A program made the translations under genes and the position numbers. Source: an uncultured Armatimonadetes bacterium (GTDB lineage: Bacteria > Armatimonadota > Fimbriimonadia > Fimbriimonadales > GBS-DC). Taken from it: DNA of 27,298 nt. Positions 7,557-15,530 of this stretch are shown piece by piece (within the stretch, counting starts at the first letter, position 1; every line of letters begins with the position of its first letter). The notes under the pieces were generated by a model. It had not been told where the DNA came from and ran no database searches. It saw nothing but the letters and a program-made list of their open reading frames with translations. The stretch is from assembly GCA_937139515.1 (NCBI GenBank), contig CAKZQI010000030.1, positions 1-27,298 on the forward strand, written 5' to 3'.

Positions 7557-9401
7557 TTAGTTGCTCTCTTCAGTGGGAGGCGCAACCTGTTCAGGTGCGG
7601 AGTTGGTCTGTGCGCTCATACGCACGGCGCCGATGCGTTGGGCAATCTGCATCAGTTGTTGTGCCATCTCGCCCAGTTTGCCGTTGCCATCGCCCATCGC
7701 TTGCAGTCCGCTGAGGGCGCCATCAATAGTCATCCCTAAGCCTAAGCCTTTGGCGTACTGTTCGGTCATGCGGGCGAGCGTTTCGGGGTCGCCGAAAATG
7801 TTCATAGTGCCTCGGCTCATGAACTCGCCAATCGAGCGCGCCAGCTCCACCTGCACATCGCGCTGGGCTTCCACGCGCAGTTTCTCGATTTCGAACTTGA
7901 GCGCCGCTTCGCTGTAGGTCTGGCGGTACTCCAGCGCTTGGCGTTCCACTTCCACGCGGGCGCGCTCCACCTCCACCTGTTCGCGAGCGATGTTGATGTC
8001 CACCATTTTCAGGGCGGTCTCACCGCGTGCGACCTGTTCGCGGGCTTTCGCTTCGGCTTCGGCGCGGGTAAGCGTCGCTTGCGCCTCCAGTTCTGCCGCT
8101 TGCTTGCGCGCTTCCGCCTGCTTCACCTCAGCGAACGCCTGCACTTGCACATCGGTCTCGCGCTTGATGCGCTCCTGCTCGATTTGTTGTTTGGCGGCGA
8201 TGAGTTTCGCTTGCGCCTCGCGTTCGGCGGCGGCAACTTGTTGCACGGTAATAATCTGCTGGTTGGCGCGCTCGCGCTCGGCTTGGGCTTCCAGCGCTTC
8301 GCGTTCGGCTTCGGCGCGTCGGCGTTCGGCTTCGGCGACCGCTATCTCCTTCTCGCGCTCGGTTAGCTCCACCGTCTTGGCGCGCTCGATGTCGGTCTTC
8401 TGGAGCTCTTGCTGGCGCAGGAGCAGGAGTTTGTCGCGCTCGATGGCGGCGGTGCGCACCGCTTGGTCTTGCTGGATTTCCGCCTCTTTTACTTGGCGGT
8501 CTTGCTCGATGCGGTAGGTCTCTGCCTCGCGCTTCTTCTCGGCTTGCACTTTGGCGACTTCGGACTGCTGAGCCGCCTCAGCTTCGGCACGCTGGCGCTC
8601 CAGCTCCAGAATCTCTTTCTGCGTCTGCACGCTCTTGAGCGTGATTTCGCGTTGTGCCTCCAGCTCGAGGCGGTTGCGCTCGACCAACGCCGACTGCGTA
8701 ATCTCGGTGATTTTGCGCTTACCCTGAGCGTCAAAGATGTTGTTGTCCGAGAGAAGCTCCTGAGAGGTCTGGTCTAAGCGGGAGATGGTGACCGATTCGA
8801 GGGTCAGTCCGTTTTGCTCGAGGTCGGCACGCACAAGTTGTTGTACCCCGCTGGCGAAGGCGTCGCGCTGGGCGTGGATTTCCACGAGGTCTTTGGTCGC
8901 CGCGACACTTCGGAGTGCCGAGACGAGCTTCTCAAACACCAACGCCGAGACCGATTGGGCGTTGACCGACTTGTCTCCCAGCGAGCGCGCCGCGTTGAGC
9001 ACCGACTCGGCGTCGGGTTGAACCTTGATGTAGAACTCCGCCTTCACATCCACACGCAGGTTATCGCGGGTAATCAGCGCGTCGGGTCCTTTGCGCTCCA
9101 CTTCCAGTTTCATCGTCTCCAGCGAGACGGGCACGCGCTCGTGCAGGAACGGCACATAAAGTCCACTGCTGTCAATCAGCACACGCCGTCCGCGCCATCC
9201 CGTAATCACATACGCCAAGTTCGCGGAGGGACGCAGGAACAGGTACTTCAGGGCGAGCATATAGCCCGAGATTAGGATGAGCGAACCGCCTACAATCCAG
9301 CTCACCAGCGAGTGGAAGTAGGTCCAGTTGCCCACGAATGCGCCCCCGATGAACCCTAACAGGGTTAGGAACAGCCCCAACAGCATCAGTAAGATGAGCA
9401 T
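7557..9401 (-). CDS. Flotillin-like SPFH/band-7 protein (YqiK/FloT family) with long E/A/R/Q-rich coiled coil
   Basis: N-terminal TM helices, an SPFH domain (YVITGWRGRRV...), then several hundred residues of EA-rich coiled coil typical of flotillins. It lies 5 nt downstream of the NfeD gene. Confidence 0.8.
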   Translation of the reverse strand: MLILLMLLGLFLTLLGFIGGAFVGNWTYFHSLVSWIVGGSLILISGYMLALKYLFLRPSANLAYVITGWRGRRVLIDSSGLYVPFLHERVPVSLETMKLEVERKGPDALITRDNLRVDVKAEFYIKVQPDAESVLNAARSLGDKSVNAQSVSALVFEKLVSALRSVAATKDLVEIHAQRDAFASGVQQLVRADLEQNGLTLESVTISRLDQTSQELLSDNNIFDAQGKRKITEITQSALVERNRLELEAQREITLKSVQTQKEILELERQRAEAEAAQQSEVAKVQAEKKREAETYRIEQDRQVKEAEIQQDQAVRTAAIERDKLLLLRQQELQKTDIERAKTVELTEREKEIAVAEAERRRAEAEREALEAQAERERANQQIITVQQVAAAEREAQAKLIAAKQQIEQERIKRETDVQVQAFAEVKQAEARKQAAELEAQATLTRAEAEAKAREQVARGETALKMVDINIAREQVEVERARVEVERQALEYRQTYSEAALKFEIEKLRVEAQRDVQVELARSIGEFMSRGTMNIFGDPETLARMTEQYAKGLGLGMTIDGALSGLQAMGDGNGKLGEMAQQLMQIAQRIGAVRMSAQTNSAPEQVAPPTEESN

Positions 9402-9406
9402 CCGAT

Positions 9407-10165
9407 TTACCCCCTTCGTAGATTTTGCTCCGTTTCAGGGTTTTCCTGCAAGAAGGGTTCGCTGAGGTCGACCCCGAACGGATTTGGCTCCACGATGTAT
9501 TCGTTTGTCCGCTCGTTATACTGTGCCACCAGCACGGGGGTTCCCGCAGGGATGGGAGGTTGCCCCGGCAGGGTGCGACAGCTCACACGCACGATGTCCC
9601 CGCTCCGAGCGTGAATATTGGCGACCCCTTGCTGAGAGTCGATCGTGAACACCGCCTGTCCTGTGCATCCGACGAGGTCGTATCGGGTGGGGGCGCGCTC
9701 CTCGCCGAGCAGACGAAACCGTCGCACCAGCAGCCCCGTCGTGCGCCCGATGAGTGCCATACCCACCAAACTTGCGACCACCGAGAGAGGCAGAAACAGG
9801 GTGGGCGTCTTGAGCAGGGGTTGAAGTAAGCCGTTGACGGTCAACCCAATCGCGCCCCAGAAAATCATCAGCACGGGGAATAGCACCGTGAGCGGAACGC
9901 CCATGCCTATCCCGAAGATTTGGAGGATTTTCCAGACGAAGGCGGTCGGGTCATCGTGATGGTGGGCGTGGCTCTTGTTCAGGTCGTGCGAGTCGGCATC
10001 GCTTGATTCGGCTTCGGTGGTCTCGCCCTCCGCAGAGCCATCATCCGCTTCTCCTGCGCTACTGCCCACCGCAGTGAACAGCAATCCTGCCGACAGAACA
10101 ATGCCCACCACCAGCGGCAACGCGAAGAGAAAGTTCCACCATTCCAACAGTTGAGCGAACGACAT
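9407..10165 (-). CDS. NfeD-family membrane protein (YqiJ-like), partner of flotillin
   Basis: Multi-TM N-terminal part. The C-terminal soluble beta domain (GQAVFTIDSQQGVANIHARSGDIVRVSCRT...) is typical of the NfeD OB-fold. It is in an operon with flotillin. It has an unusual acidic/His-rich insert (EADDGSAEGETTEAESSDADSHDLNKSHAHHHDD). Confidence 0.7.
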   Translation of the reverse strand: MSFAQLLEWWNFLFALPLVVGIVLSAGLLFTAVGSSAGEADDGSAEGETTEAESSDADSHDLNKSHAHHHDDPTAFVWKILQIFGIGMGVPLTVLFPVLMIFWGAIGLTVNGLLQPLLKTPTLFLPLSVVASLVGMALIGRTTGLLVRRFRLLGEERAPTRYDLVGCTGQAVFTIDSQQGVANIHARSGDIVRVSCRTLPGQPPIPAGTPVLVAQYNERTNEYIVEPNPFGVDLSEPFLQENPETEQNLRRG

Positions 10166-10291
10166 CGTTGCCTTGCTGTATTATTATACGCTACTCTATT
10201 GGGATTGCTCCAGAAATTTGAGTAAGTCGTTTGGGCGTGTTCTGCTTTGTGGGCGGGGTGCCCGAGCCATGATTTTCTAAGCCGGCATAAC

Positions 10292-10843
10292 TCACTCGAA
10301 TGCTTCACGCACGGGCATCTCAAACCCTGGCAACACGGGCGCACCCCTGAGCATGTCCTGCTCCGTGAGAACCTCCACTGTGCCGTCCGCGCGGTACACC
10401 GTAATCGTGCGCTGGTCAGGGTCTGCTACCCACACCACCTGCACGCCCGCCTCCAGCCACTCTGCGACCTTGTCCTGCAGGTAAGCGTCAGTGTCGCTGG
10501 GCGAGCGCACCTCCAGCACCAAATCGGGCACCACACGGCTGAACTGCTCGCTGGGCACTTGGGGCAGACGCTCCTTGCGGATGAACGCAAAGTCGGGGGC
10601 ACGCACGCTCTCACCACGCGATGTTCTCAACACGAAGCCGACCTCTGCGATGTACGACTCACCCAGATTTTGGGTCAGCGCATAGTACCCCGTTCGAACG
10701 CCGATGCGCCCTGCGACTCTCCCGTGTCTTTCCCCTGCTGGCATTCGCTCGTGAACCTCGCCTCGTATCAGTTCGGCAGGCTTACCCAGATACTCCTGCT
10801 CAAACGCTTCCACCGTCATCCGCTTCGGAGCCACTTTCGTCAT
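10292..10843 (-). CDS. Uma2-family endonuclease (DUF820, putative restriction endonuclease-like)
   Basis: Conserved Uma2 blocks: MTVEAFEQ...GEVHERMPAGERHGRVAG..., PDFAFIRKERL, VPDLVLEVRSPSD and AEWLEAGVQVVWVADPDQRTITVY. Start chosen at the internal MTKVAPKR (ATG 10841-10843). Confidence 0.75.
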   Translation of the reverse strand: MTKVAPKRMTVEAFEQEYLGKPAELIRGEVHERMPAGERHGRVAGRIGVRTGYYALTQNLGESYIAEVGFVLRTSRGESVRAPDFAFIRKERLPQVPSEQFSRVVPDLVLEVRSPSDTDAYLQDKVAEWLEAGVQVVWVADPDQRTITVYRADGTVEVLTEQDMLRGAPVLPGFEMPVREAFE

Positions 10844-10901
10844 TCGACCACCCGCCTTAGTGTACCTGCTTTGGGGATGTTCAATCCCCGAAGCACCCCG
10901 C

Positions 10902-11384
10902 CTACCCCTCCCCAAACGGGCTACGAAACTGCTGGACGAAGCGGTCGTGCTCTGCCTCGGTTTGGAGGGGCAGTTGATGGTGCGCTGTGGCAGGAGCCGT
11001 GCAGTTGTAGGCTAACACTTGAGCGTTGATTTGCTGAATGACCTGTACCATCCCCTGCCAAGTCTCGGTTTGCCACACCAAGAACCGCTCCTCGCCCATC
11101 TCACAGATACGAGGATACTCCCGCTCAGCGATGAGCCAGAGCCTGTGGTAGTGGCTACGAATGCGTTCAATCTCGCGTGCGCGCTCCATCCAGTCGGGTA
11201 GCACGCCTGCACTCTTGAGCAGGCGGATAGCAGGGCGCATTTCGGGAGGCACAAACCACTCTTCGTCCATAGGGAGGGGTTTTCCGCGTCCGGGCAGGTT
11301 GTCAAACTTGCCTTCTTGCATCGCCTCTTCAATCTTGCGCTCGGCGATGATTTCTATCACACGCTGGATGTCAGGCTGGTGCAT
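10902..11384 (-). CDS. DUF1992 (DnaJC28-like) domain protein
   Basis: N-terminal IEEAMQEGKFDNLPGRGKPL motif characteristic of the DUF1992/DnaJ-homolog-C28 family. A -10 TATAAA ends about 9 nt before the ATG, so it is probably leaderless. Confidence 0.6.
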   Translation of the reverse strand: MHQPDIQRVIEIIAERKIEEAMQEGKFDNLPGRGKPLPMDEEWFVPPEMRPAIRLLKSAGVLPDWMERAREIERIRSHYHRLWLIAEREYPRICEMGEERFLVWQTETWQGMVQVIQQINAQVLAYNCTAPATAHHQLPLQTEAEHDRFVQQFRSPFGEG

Positions 11385-11479
11385 GACGGCTATTTTATAC
11401 CTCCTTTGCCCCCTGCAGGTATACTATCGGTCAGTAGAATCACGAGCAGTGGTGTCGGCTGTGCGGTGACACCCCCTCT

Positions 11480-11968
11480 TTGGAGAGCGCTATGGGGCAA
11501 ACTTTTATCACTTTCAGCGTCTTGTTCGGGTTCTGGTTCGCTCTATCGGGCAAATTGGACGCGCTGATGCTGGGGACAGGGTTGGTCGTGGCGATGCTCA
11601 CTGCGTGGGTCTCGGCGCCGTTGGTGTCGGGAACCGCAACCCCAGCCCGCCTCTGCCGAGGCACGCTGAAAGTCTTAGCGTACCTACCTTGGCTTGTCAA
11701 AGAGATTATCCTGTCAGGGTTGGATGTGATGAAGCGCGTGCTCCATCCCCGAATGCCCATCGCCCCCAAAATCGTTGAGATAGAAGTTGACTTAGAGACC
11801 GATGTGGCGAAGGTGCTGTTGGCAAACTCCATCACCCTCACGCCCGGCACCGTCACTGTGGAAGTGGAGGGCAACACGCTGATTGTGCATGCGCTTACCG
11901 AGAAGTCGCTGGAGAGCTTGCTCTCAGGCGAAATGCAAGCACGGGTGAAACGGATTGAGTTATGTTAG
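11480..11968 (+). CDS. mrpE: Mrp/Mnh-type cation:proton antiporter subunit E
   Basis: 162 aa. Two N-terminal TM helices and an MnhE-like C-terminal domain (ITLTPGTVTVEV...LIVHAL). It is the first gene of the cluster. Confidence 0.7.
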   Translation: MESAMGQTFITFSVLFGFWFALSGKLDALMLGTGLVVAMLTAWVSAPLVSGTATPARLCRGTLKVLAYLPWLVKEIILSGLDVMKRVLHPRMPIAPKIVEIEVDLETDVAKVLLANSITLTPGTVTVEVEGNTLIVHALTEKSLESLLSGEMQARVKRIELC

Positions 11969-12219
11969 TCTCGGCGCTCTTCGTTATCTTGCTGGCAACC
12001 GGCATTTCGCTCTACCGAGCCGTGATGGGACCGACCGCCCACGACCGTGTGCTCGCTATCAATGTGGTCAACACGAAGACCGTCGTGATTATTGTGCTGA
12101 TTGGCTTCATCAACCGTCGTCCCGAAGTGTTTATGGATATTGCGATTATCTACGCCGTGATTAACTTCGTATCAACGCTGGCATTCCTGCGCTATTTGGA
12201 ATCGAGGAGGGTGGACTGA
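11962..12219 (+). CDS. mrpF: Mrp antiporter subunit F
   Basis: 85 aa with 3 TM helices. MnhF/PhaF pattern ...LYRAVMGPTAHDRVLAINVV... Overlaps mrpE by 7 nt. Confidence 0.7.
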   Translation: MLVSALFVILLATGISLYRAVMGPTAHDRVLAINVVNTKTVVIIVLIGFINRRPEVFMDIAIIYAVINFVSTLAFLRYLESRRVD

Positions 12220-12527
12220 TGACGCTCACTGAACTGCTGGCGGGCGCGCTGATTTTTCTGGGCAGTTTCGTGTTTGTGGTGGCAGGGATTGGGATTGTGC
12301 GCTTCCCCGACTTCTACTCGCGGGTTCATCCTGCAGGCAATGGCGACACTTTGGGTCTTCCGCTCGTCTTGCTGGGGCTGGCAATCTACGAAGGCTTCAC
12401 CCACACCAGCCTGAAAATCGTGCTGGTGCTCATCTTCCTACTGTTGACAGGTCCGGTGGCGTCGCACGCGCTGGCACGCTCGGCATTTCTCACACGCCAG
12501 CAAGAGGAGGAAAGTAATGTGGATTGA
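12219..12527 (+). CDS. mrpG: Mrp antiporter subunit G
   Basis: 102 aa. MnhG pattern GIVRFPDFYSRVH..G..DTLG with 3 TM helices. Confidence 0.7.
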   Translation: MTLTELLAGALIFLGSFVFVVAGIGIVRFPDFYSRVHPAGNGDTLGLPLVLLGLAIYEGFTHTSLKIVLVLIFLLLTGPVASHALARSAFLTRQQEEESNVD

Positions 12528-13047
12528 CCTGACCTTGTTAGGGCTGTTGTTAGCGCTGGCGCTGGGCATCACTTTCAGTCGGGACACGCTCACAGGGTCG
12601 CTCCTACTGGGCGCCTACAGTCTGATTTTGGCGATGCTGTGGGTGGACTTGAACGCTGCGGATGTTGCGCTCACCGAGGCGGCAATCGGAGCAGGCGTCG
12701 CCACCCCACTGATGCTGTTGGCGATTAGCCGAAGCACCCGTGCCGAGCTGGGCGAAGTGCTTATGACCGTTCAGCGCTATCGGCGTTTTCCACCCTTCTT
12801 GGTGTTGGGTTTGGTGGCAGGGGCGTTGGTCTACGCCTCGTTAGACATGCCTCCGCTCGGCAACCCGAACAACCCTGCGAACCAGCATGTTGCGCCCTAC
12901 TATGTCCAAAACGCCTACCACGAGACCGGCTCAGAGAACATCGTTACGGCGATTCTCGTGTGCTATCGGGGATTTGACACGCTCGGCGAGGTGCTGGTGG
13001 TGATGACGGCAGGCGTGGCGATGATGCTCATCCTCAGGAGAAGTTAG
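12517..13047 (+). CDS. MrpA C-terminal-like subunit (DUF4040 + MnhB domain; MbhD/MbhE-like)
   Basis: N-terminal half has the DUF4040 motif NAADVALTEAAIGAGV. The C-terminal half has the MnhB-domain motif NIVTAILVCYRGFDTLGEV. Confidence 0.65.
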   Translation: MWIDLTLLGLLLALALGITFSRDTLTGSLLLGAYSLILAMLWVDLNAADVALTEAAIGAGVATPLMLLAISRSTRAELGEVLMTVQRYRRFPPFLVLGLVAGALVYASLDMPPLGNPNNPANQHVAPYYVQNAYHETGSENIVTAILVCYRGFDTLGEVLVVMTAGVAMMLILRRS

Positions 13048-13048
13048 C

Positions 13049-13471
13049 ATGCACCGAGACCTGATTATCCAAGTGACGGCGCGCTACACCATCCCGTTCA
13101 TCCTCGTGTTGGGGGCATACATCATGTCCCACGGCAAATACGGCGCAGGAGGCGGGTTCCAAGGCGGGGTGGTGATTGGCACCGCTTTCATCCTGAGCGT
13201 CATCTCATATGGCTACGACCAAGCACGGCGCGACCTGAGCCGACGGCTCAGCGACTGGATGAGCCTGCTGGGTGCGGCGATTTTTGCGGTTGTTGGATTG
13301 GCAACGCTGGTAGCAGGGGGAAGATTCTTGGAATACACTATACTCTATTCCGCCGAGCCTATCCTGACGAACCAGGTGGTCATTTTCGTTTTGGAGGTCG
13401 CTATCGGCATTACCGTAGGCGGAGTTATCGTCACCCTGTTCGCTGAGATGCTGAGGGGGGGTCAGAACTGA
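13049..13471 (+). CDS. mrpB: Mrp antiporter subunit B
   Basis: 140 aa. HGKYGAGGGFQGG signature of MrpB/MnhB, with 4 TM helices. Confidence 0.7.
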   Translation: MHRDLIIQVTARYTIPFILVLGAYIMSHGKYGAGGGFQGGVVIGTAFILSVISYGYDQARRDLSRRLSDWMSLLGAAIFAVVGLATLVAGGRFLEYTILYSAEPILTNQVVIFVLEVAIGITVGGVIVTLFAEMLRGGQN

Positions 13472-13503
13472 ACCCGCTTATCGAGAAGTACTACTGGGTC
13501 AGT

Positions 13504-13872
13504 ATGCTCGTCTTCATACTGGGACTGTACATGACCATCGTGAAAGGCAATCTCATCAAGAAGGTCATCGGTCTCAACTTAGCTCAGACGGGCGTCTACA
13601 CCTTCTTCATTCTCACCGCCAAAGTGAACGAGAGCACCGCCCCTGTGTACATCGGGGATGAGGTGCGCTATGCGAACCCTCTACCCCAGGTGCTAATCCT
13701 GACGGCGATTGTGGTGGGGATTAGCCTGACAGCGTTCGCGCTGGGGCTGGTCATTCGTATCTATCAAGCCTACGGCACAATTGAAGAGTCTGAACTGAGC
13801 CGACTGGTGCAGGCGAACAGAGAGGCGCAACCCTCTACCCTGACCCCCAGCTCGTCGGGAGGGGAGGGCTAA
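13504..13872 (+). CDS. mrpC: Mrp antiporter subunit C (NuoK-like)
   Basis: 122 aa. NuoK/MnhC-like 3-TM protein (LGLYMTIVKGNLIKKVIGLNLAQTGVYTFFIL). The C-terminal tail is Pro/Ser-rich. Confidence 0.65.
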   Translation: MLVFILGLYMTIVKGNLIKKVIGLNLAQTGVYTFFILTAKVNESTAPVYIGDEVRYANPLPQVLILTAIVVGISLTAFALGLVIRIYQAYGTIEESELSRLVQANREAQPSTLTPSSSGGEG

Positions 13873-13876
13873 GCGG

Positions 13877-15526
13877 ATGCTGGCGGAACACCTGCCGATT
13901 TTGCATGTGCTTATCCCTCTGGTGGGGGCGATTGTTCTGCTGACGGGGGGTGTCCTGCGCCCCCTGAGAGAAGTCGCTTGGGGACTGACCATGCTGGTGG
14001 TGCTCGCCTCGGCAGTGAGCGCCTTCCAACTCATCCCTCGCGTGCTGTCGGAAGGTCGCATCAGCTATGCGTTGGGCAACTGGAAGCCCCCGTATGGGAT
14101 TGAGTATGCGGTTGACTCGCTCAGCCTGCTCCTGATTTTGCTCATCACCAGCCTTACTGTGATTATCACGCTCTACACGCGTCATAGCATTCAGCGCGAC
14201 ATCACGCCCAACCAACAACCCTATTTCTATTCTGCCTACCTCTTGTTCGTGGGTGGGCTTTTGGGGATGGTCACCACCGCCGATATTTTCAACCTCTATG
14301 TGTTTTTGGAGATTGCGTCGCTGTCGGGTTATGCGCTGATTGCCATCGGGCGTCGGCGTGAGGCACTTTTGGCAAGCTACAACTACCTAATGATTGGCAC
14401 GATTGCCTCTACACTGTTCCTGCTAGGAATAGGGTACCTTTACATGATTACGGGCACGCTGAACATGCAGGATTTGCAAGCGCGCCTGGAAGAACTTTAC
14501 GGCTCCCGCACCCTGCTGGTGGGGATGGCATTTATCACGCTTGGGCTGTCGGTCAAAATGGCGCTGTTCCCCCTGCACACATGGCTCCCCAACGCTTACA
14601 CCTACGCGCCCGACGCCATCACGGCGCTGATGGCATCGCTCACCACGAAGGTAGGGGTCTACACCGCCTTCCGTGTCTTTTTCGGGGTGCTGAAGCCTTC
14701 GTTCCTCTCCCAGGTCGTGCCGTTGGAGGAAATCTTTATGCTTCTGGGGGCGTTGGCGATTCTGGGTGGCTCGCTGATGGCTATCTTCCAGAACAATCTC
14801 AAGCGGATGCTGGCGTACTCCTCCGTGGCGCAGATTGGTTATATAGTGTTGGGGCTGGCGATGTTAAATGTTTCGGGGATGATGGGTGGGCTGATTCATA
14901 TCGTCAATCACGCCGTCGTGAAGGCGGGGCTGTTCCTTGCCGTAGGCAACATCATTTACCGTACAGGTTTGGAGGAGGTTGACGACTTGAACCAGATTGC
15001 TCAACAGATGCCCAAGACGATGTTGGCGTTCACTGTGTGTGCCTTAGCGCTGATAGGTGTCCCTCTCACGGCGGGTTTCGTGACGAAGTGGTACCTCGTG
15101 TTGGGCAGTATTGAGGCAGGGCGTTGGTTCCTGGTGCCCGTAATCGTTGTTGGTGCGTTGCTGGCGGCAGTCTATCTCTGGCGAATTATTGAGCGGGCGT
15201 ATTTTTGGTCGCGGAAGGGAGGAGCTCTCACCCCCCCAGCCCCCCTCTCCGCAAGCAGAGAGGGGGGGGAACTCGGTTCCCCCTCTCCGTTTACGGAGAG
15301 GGGGCAAGGGGGTGAGGTGAACCCAGACCCCCCCTCCCCAACCCTCCTCCCGAATTCTGAGCAAGAGAGCCAATCGCCTCCCGCGCCTAAAACCTCCGAA
15401 GTCCCCCTTAGCATGCTCATCCCGACGCTCGTGATGGCGGTTCTGAGCCTTGCGTTAGGTATCTTTGCAGTTTTGCCGTTGAACCTCGCCGAACGGATTG
15501 CCAAGTCGTTGTTAGGAGCCGAGTAG
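13877..15526 (+). CDS. mrpD: Mrp antiporter subunit D (NuoM/N family) carrying an in-frame palindromic-repeat insertion near the C-terminus
   Basis: HTWLPNAYTYAPDAITALMASLTTKVGVY proton-pump motif and a multi-TM structure. Residues approx. 450-495 (LTPPAPLSASREGGELGSPSPFTERGQGGEVNPDPPSPTLLP) are encoded by the 125-bp repeat. Confidence 0.8.
   Translation: MLAEHLPILHVLIPLVGAIVLLTGGVLRPLREVAWGLTMLVVLASAVSAFQLIPRVLSEGRISYALGNWKPPYGIEYAVDSLSLLLILLITSLTVIITLYTRHSIQRDITPNQQPYFYSAYLLFVGGLLGMVTTADIFNLYVFLEIASLSGYALIAIGRRREALLASYNYLMIGTIASTLFLLGIGYLYMITGTLNMQDLQARLEELYGSRTLLVGMAFITLGLSVKMALFPLHTWLPNAYTYAPDAITALMASLTTKVGVYTAFRVFFGVLKPSFLSQVVPLEEIFMLLGALAILGGSLMAIFQNNLKRMLAYSSVAQIGYIVLGLAMLNVSGMMGGLIHIVNHAVVKAGLFLAVGNIIYRTGLEEVDDLNQIAQQMPKTMLAFTVCALALIGVPLTAGFVTKWYLVLGSIEAGRWFLVPVIVVGALLAAVYLWRIIERAYFWSRKGGALTPPAPLSASREGGELGSPSPFTERGQGGEVNPDPPSPTLLPNSEQESQSPPAPKTSEVPLSMLIPTLVMAVLSLALGIFAVLPLNLAERIAKSLLGAE
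15226..15350. repeat. ~125-bp GC-rich repeat, copy A, containing two perfect hairpins, inside the mrpD CDS
   Basis: About 90% identical to 16971-17095. Hairpin 1 is CCCCCCTCTC-cgcaagca-GAGAGGGGGG (15240-15267). Hairpin 2 is CCCCCTCTCCG-ttta-CGGAGAGGGGG (15279-15304). Confidence 0.85.
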
Positions 15527-15530
15527 CACG

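Noticed and set aside
6169-7560. Plus-strand ORFs 6169-7005 (278 aa) and 7015-7560 (181 aa)
   Set aside because: Antisense to the S9 peptidase CDS, which has clear propeller and catalytic motifs. No recognisable domains or start signals.
7938-8517. Plus-strand ORFs of 142 aa and 175 aa (Ser/Ala/Leu/Cys-rich)
   Set aside because: They are antisense to the EA-rich coiled-coil region of the flotillin gene. Such stop-free shadow frames are expected opposite GAG/GCG/CGC-rich coding sequence.
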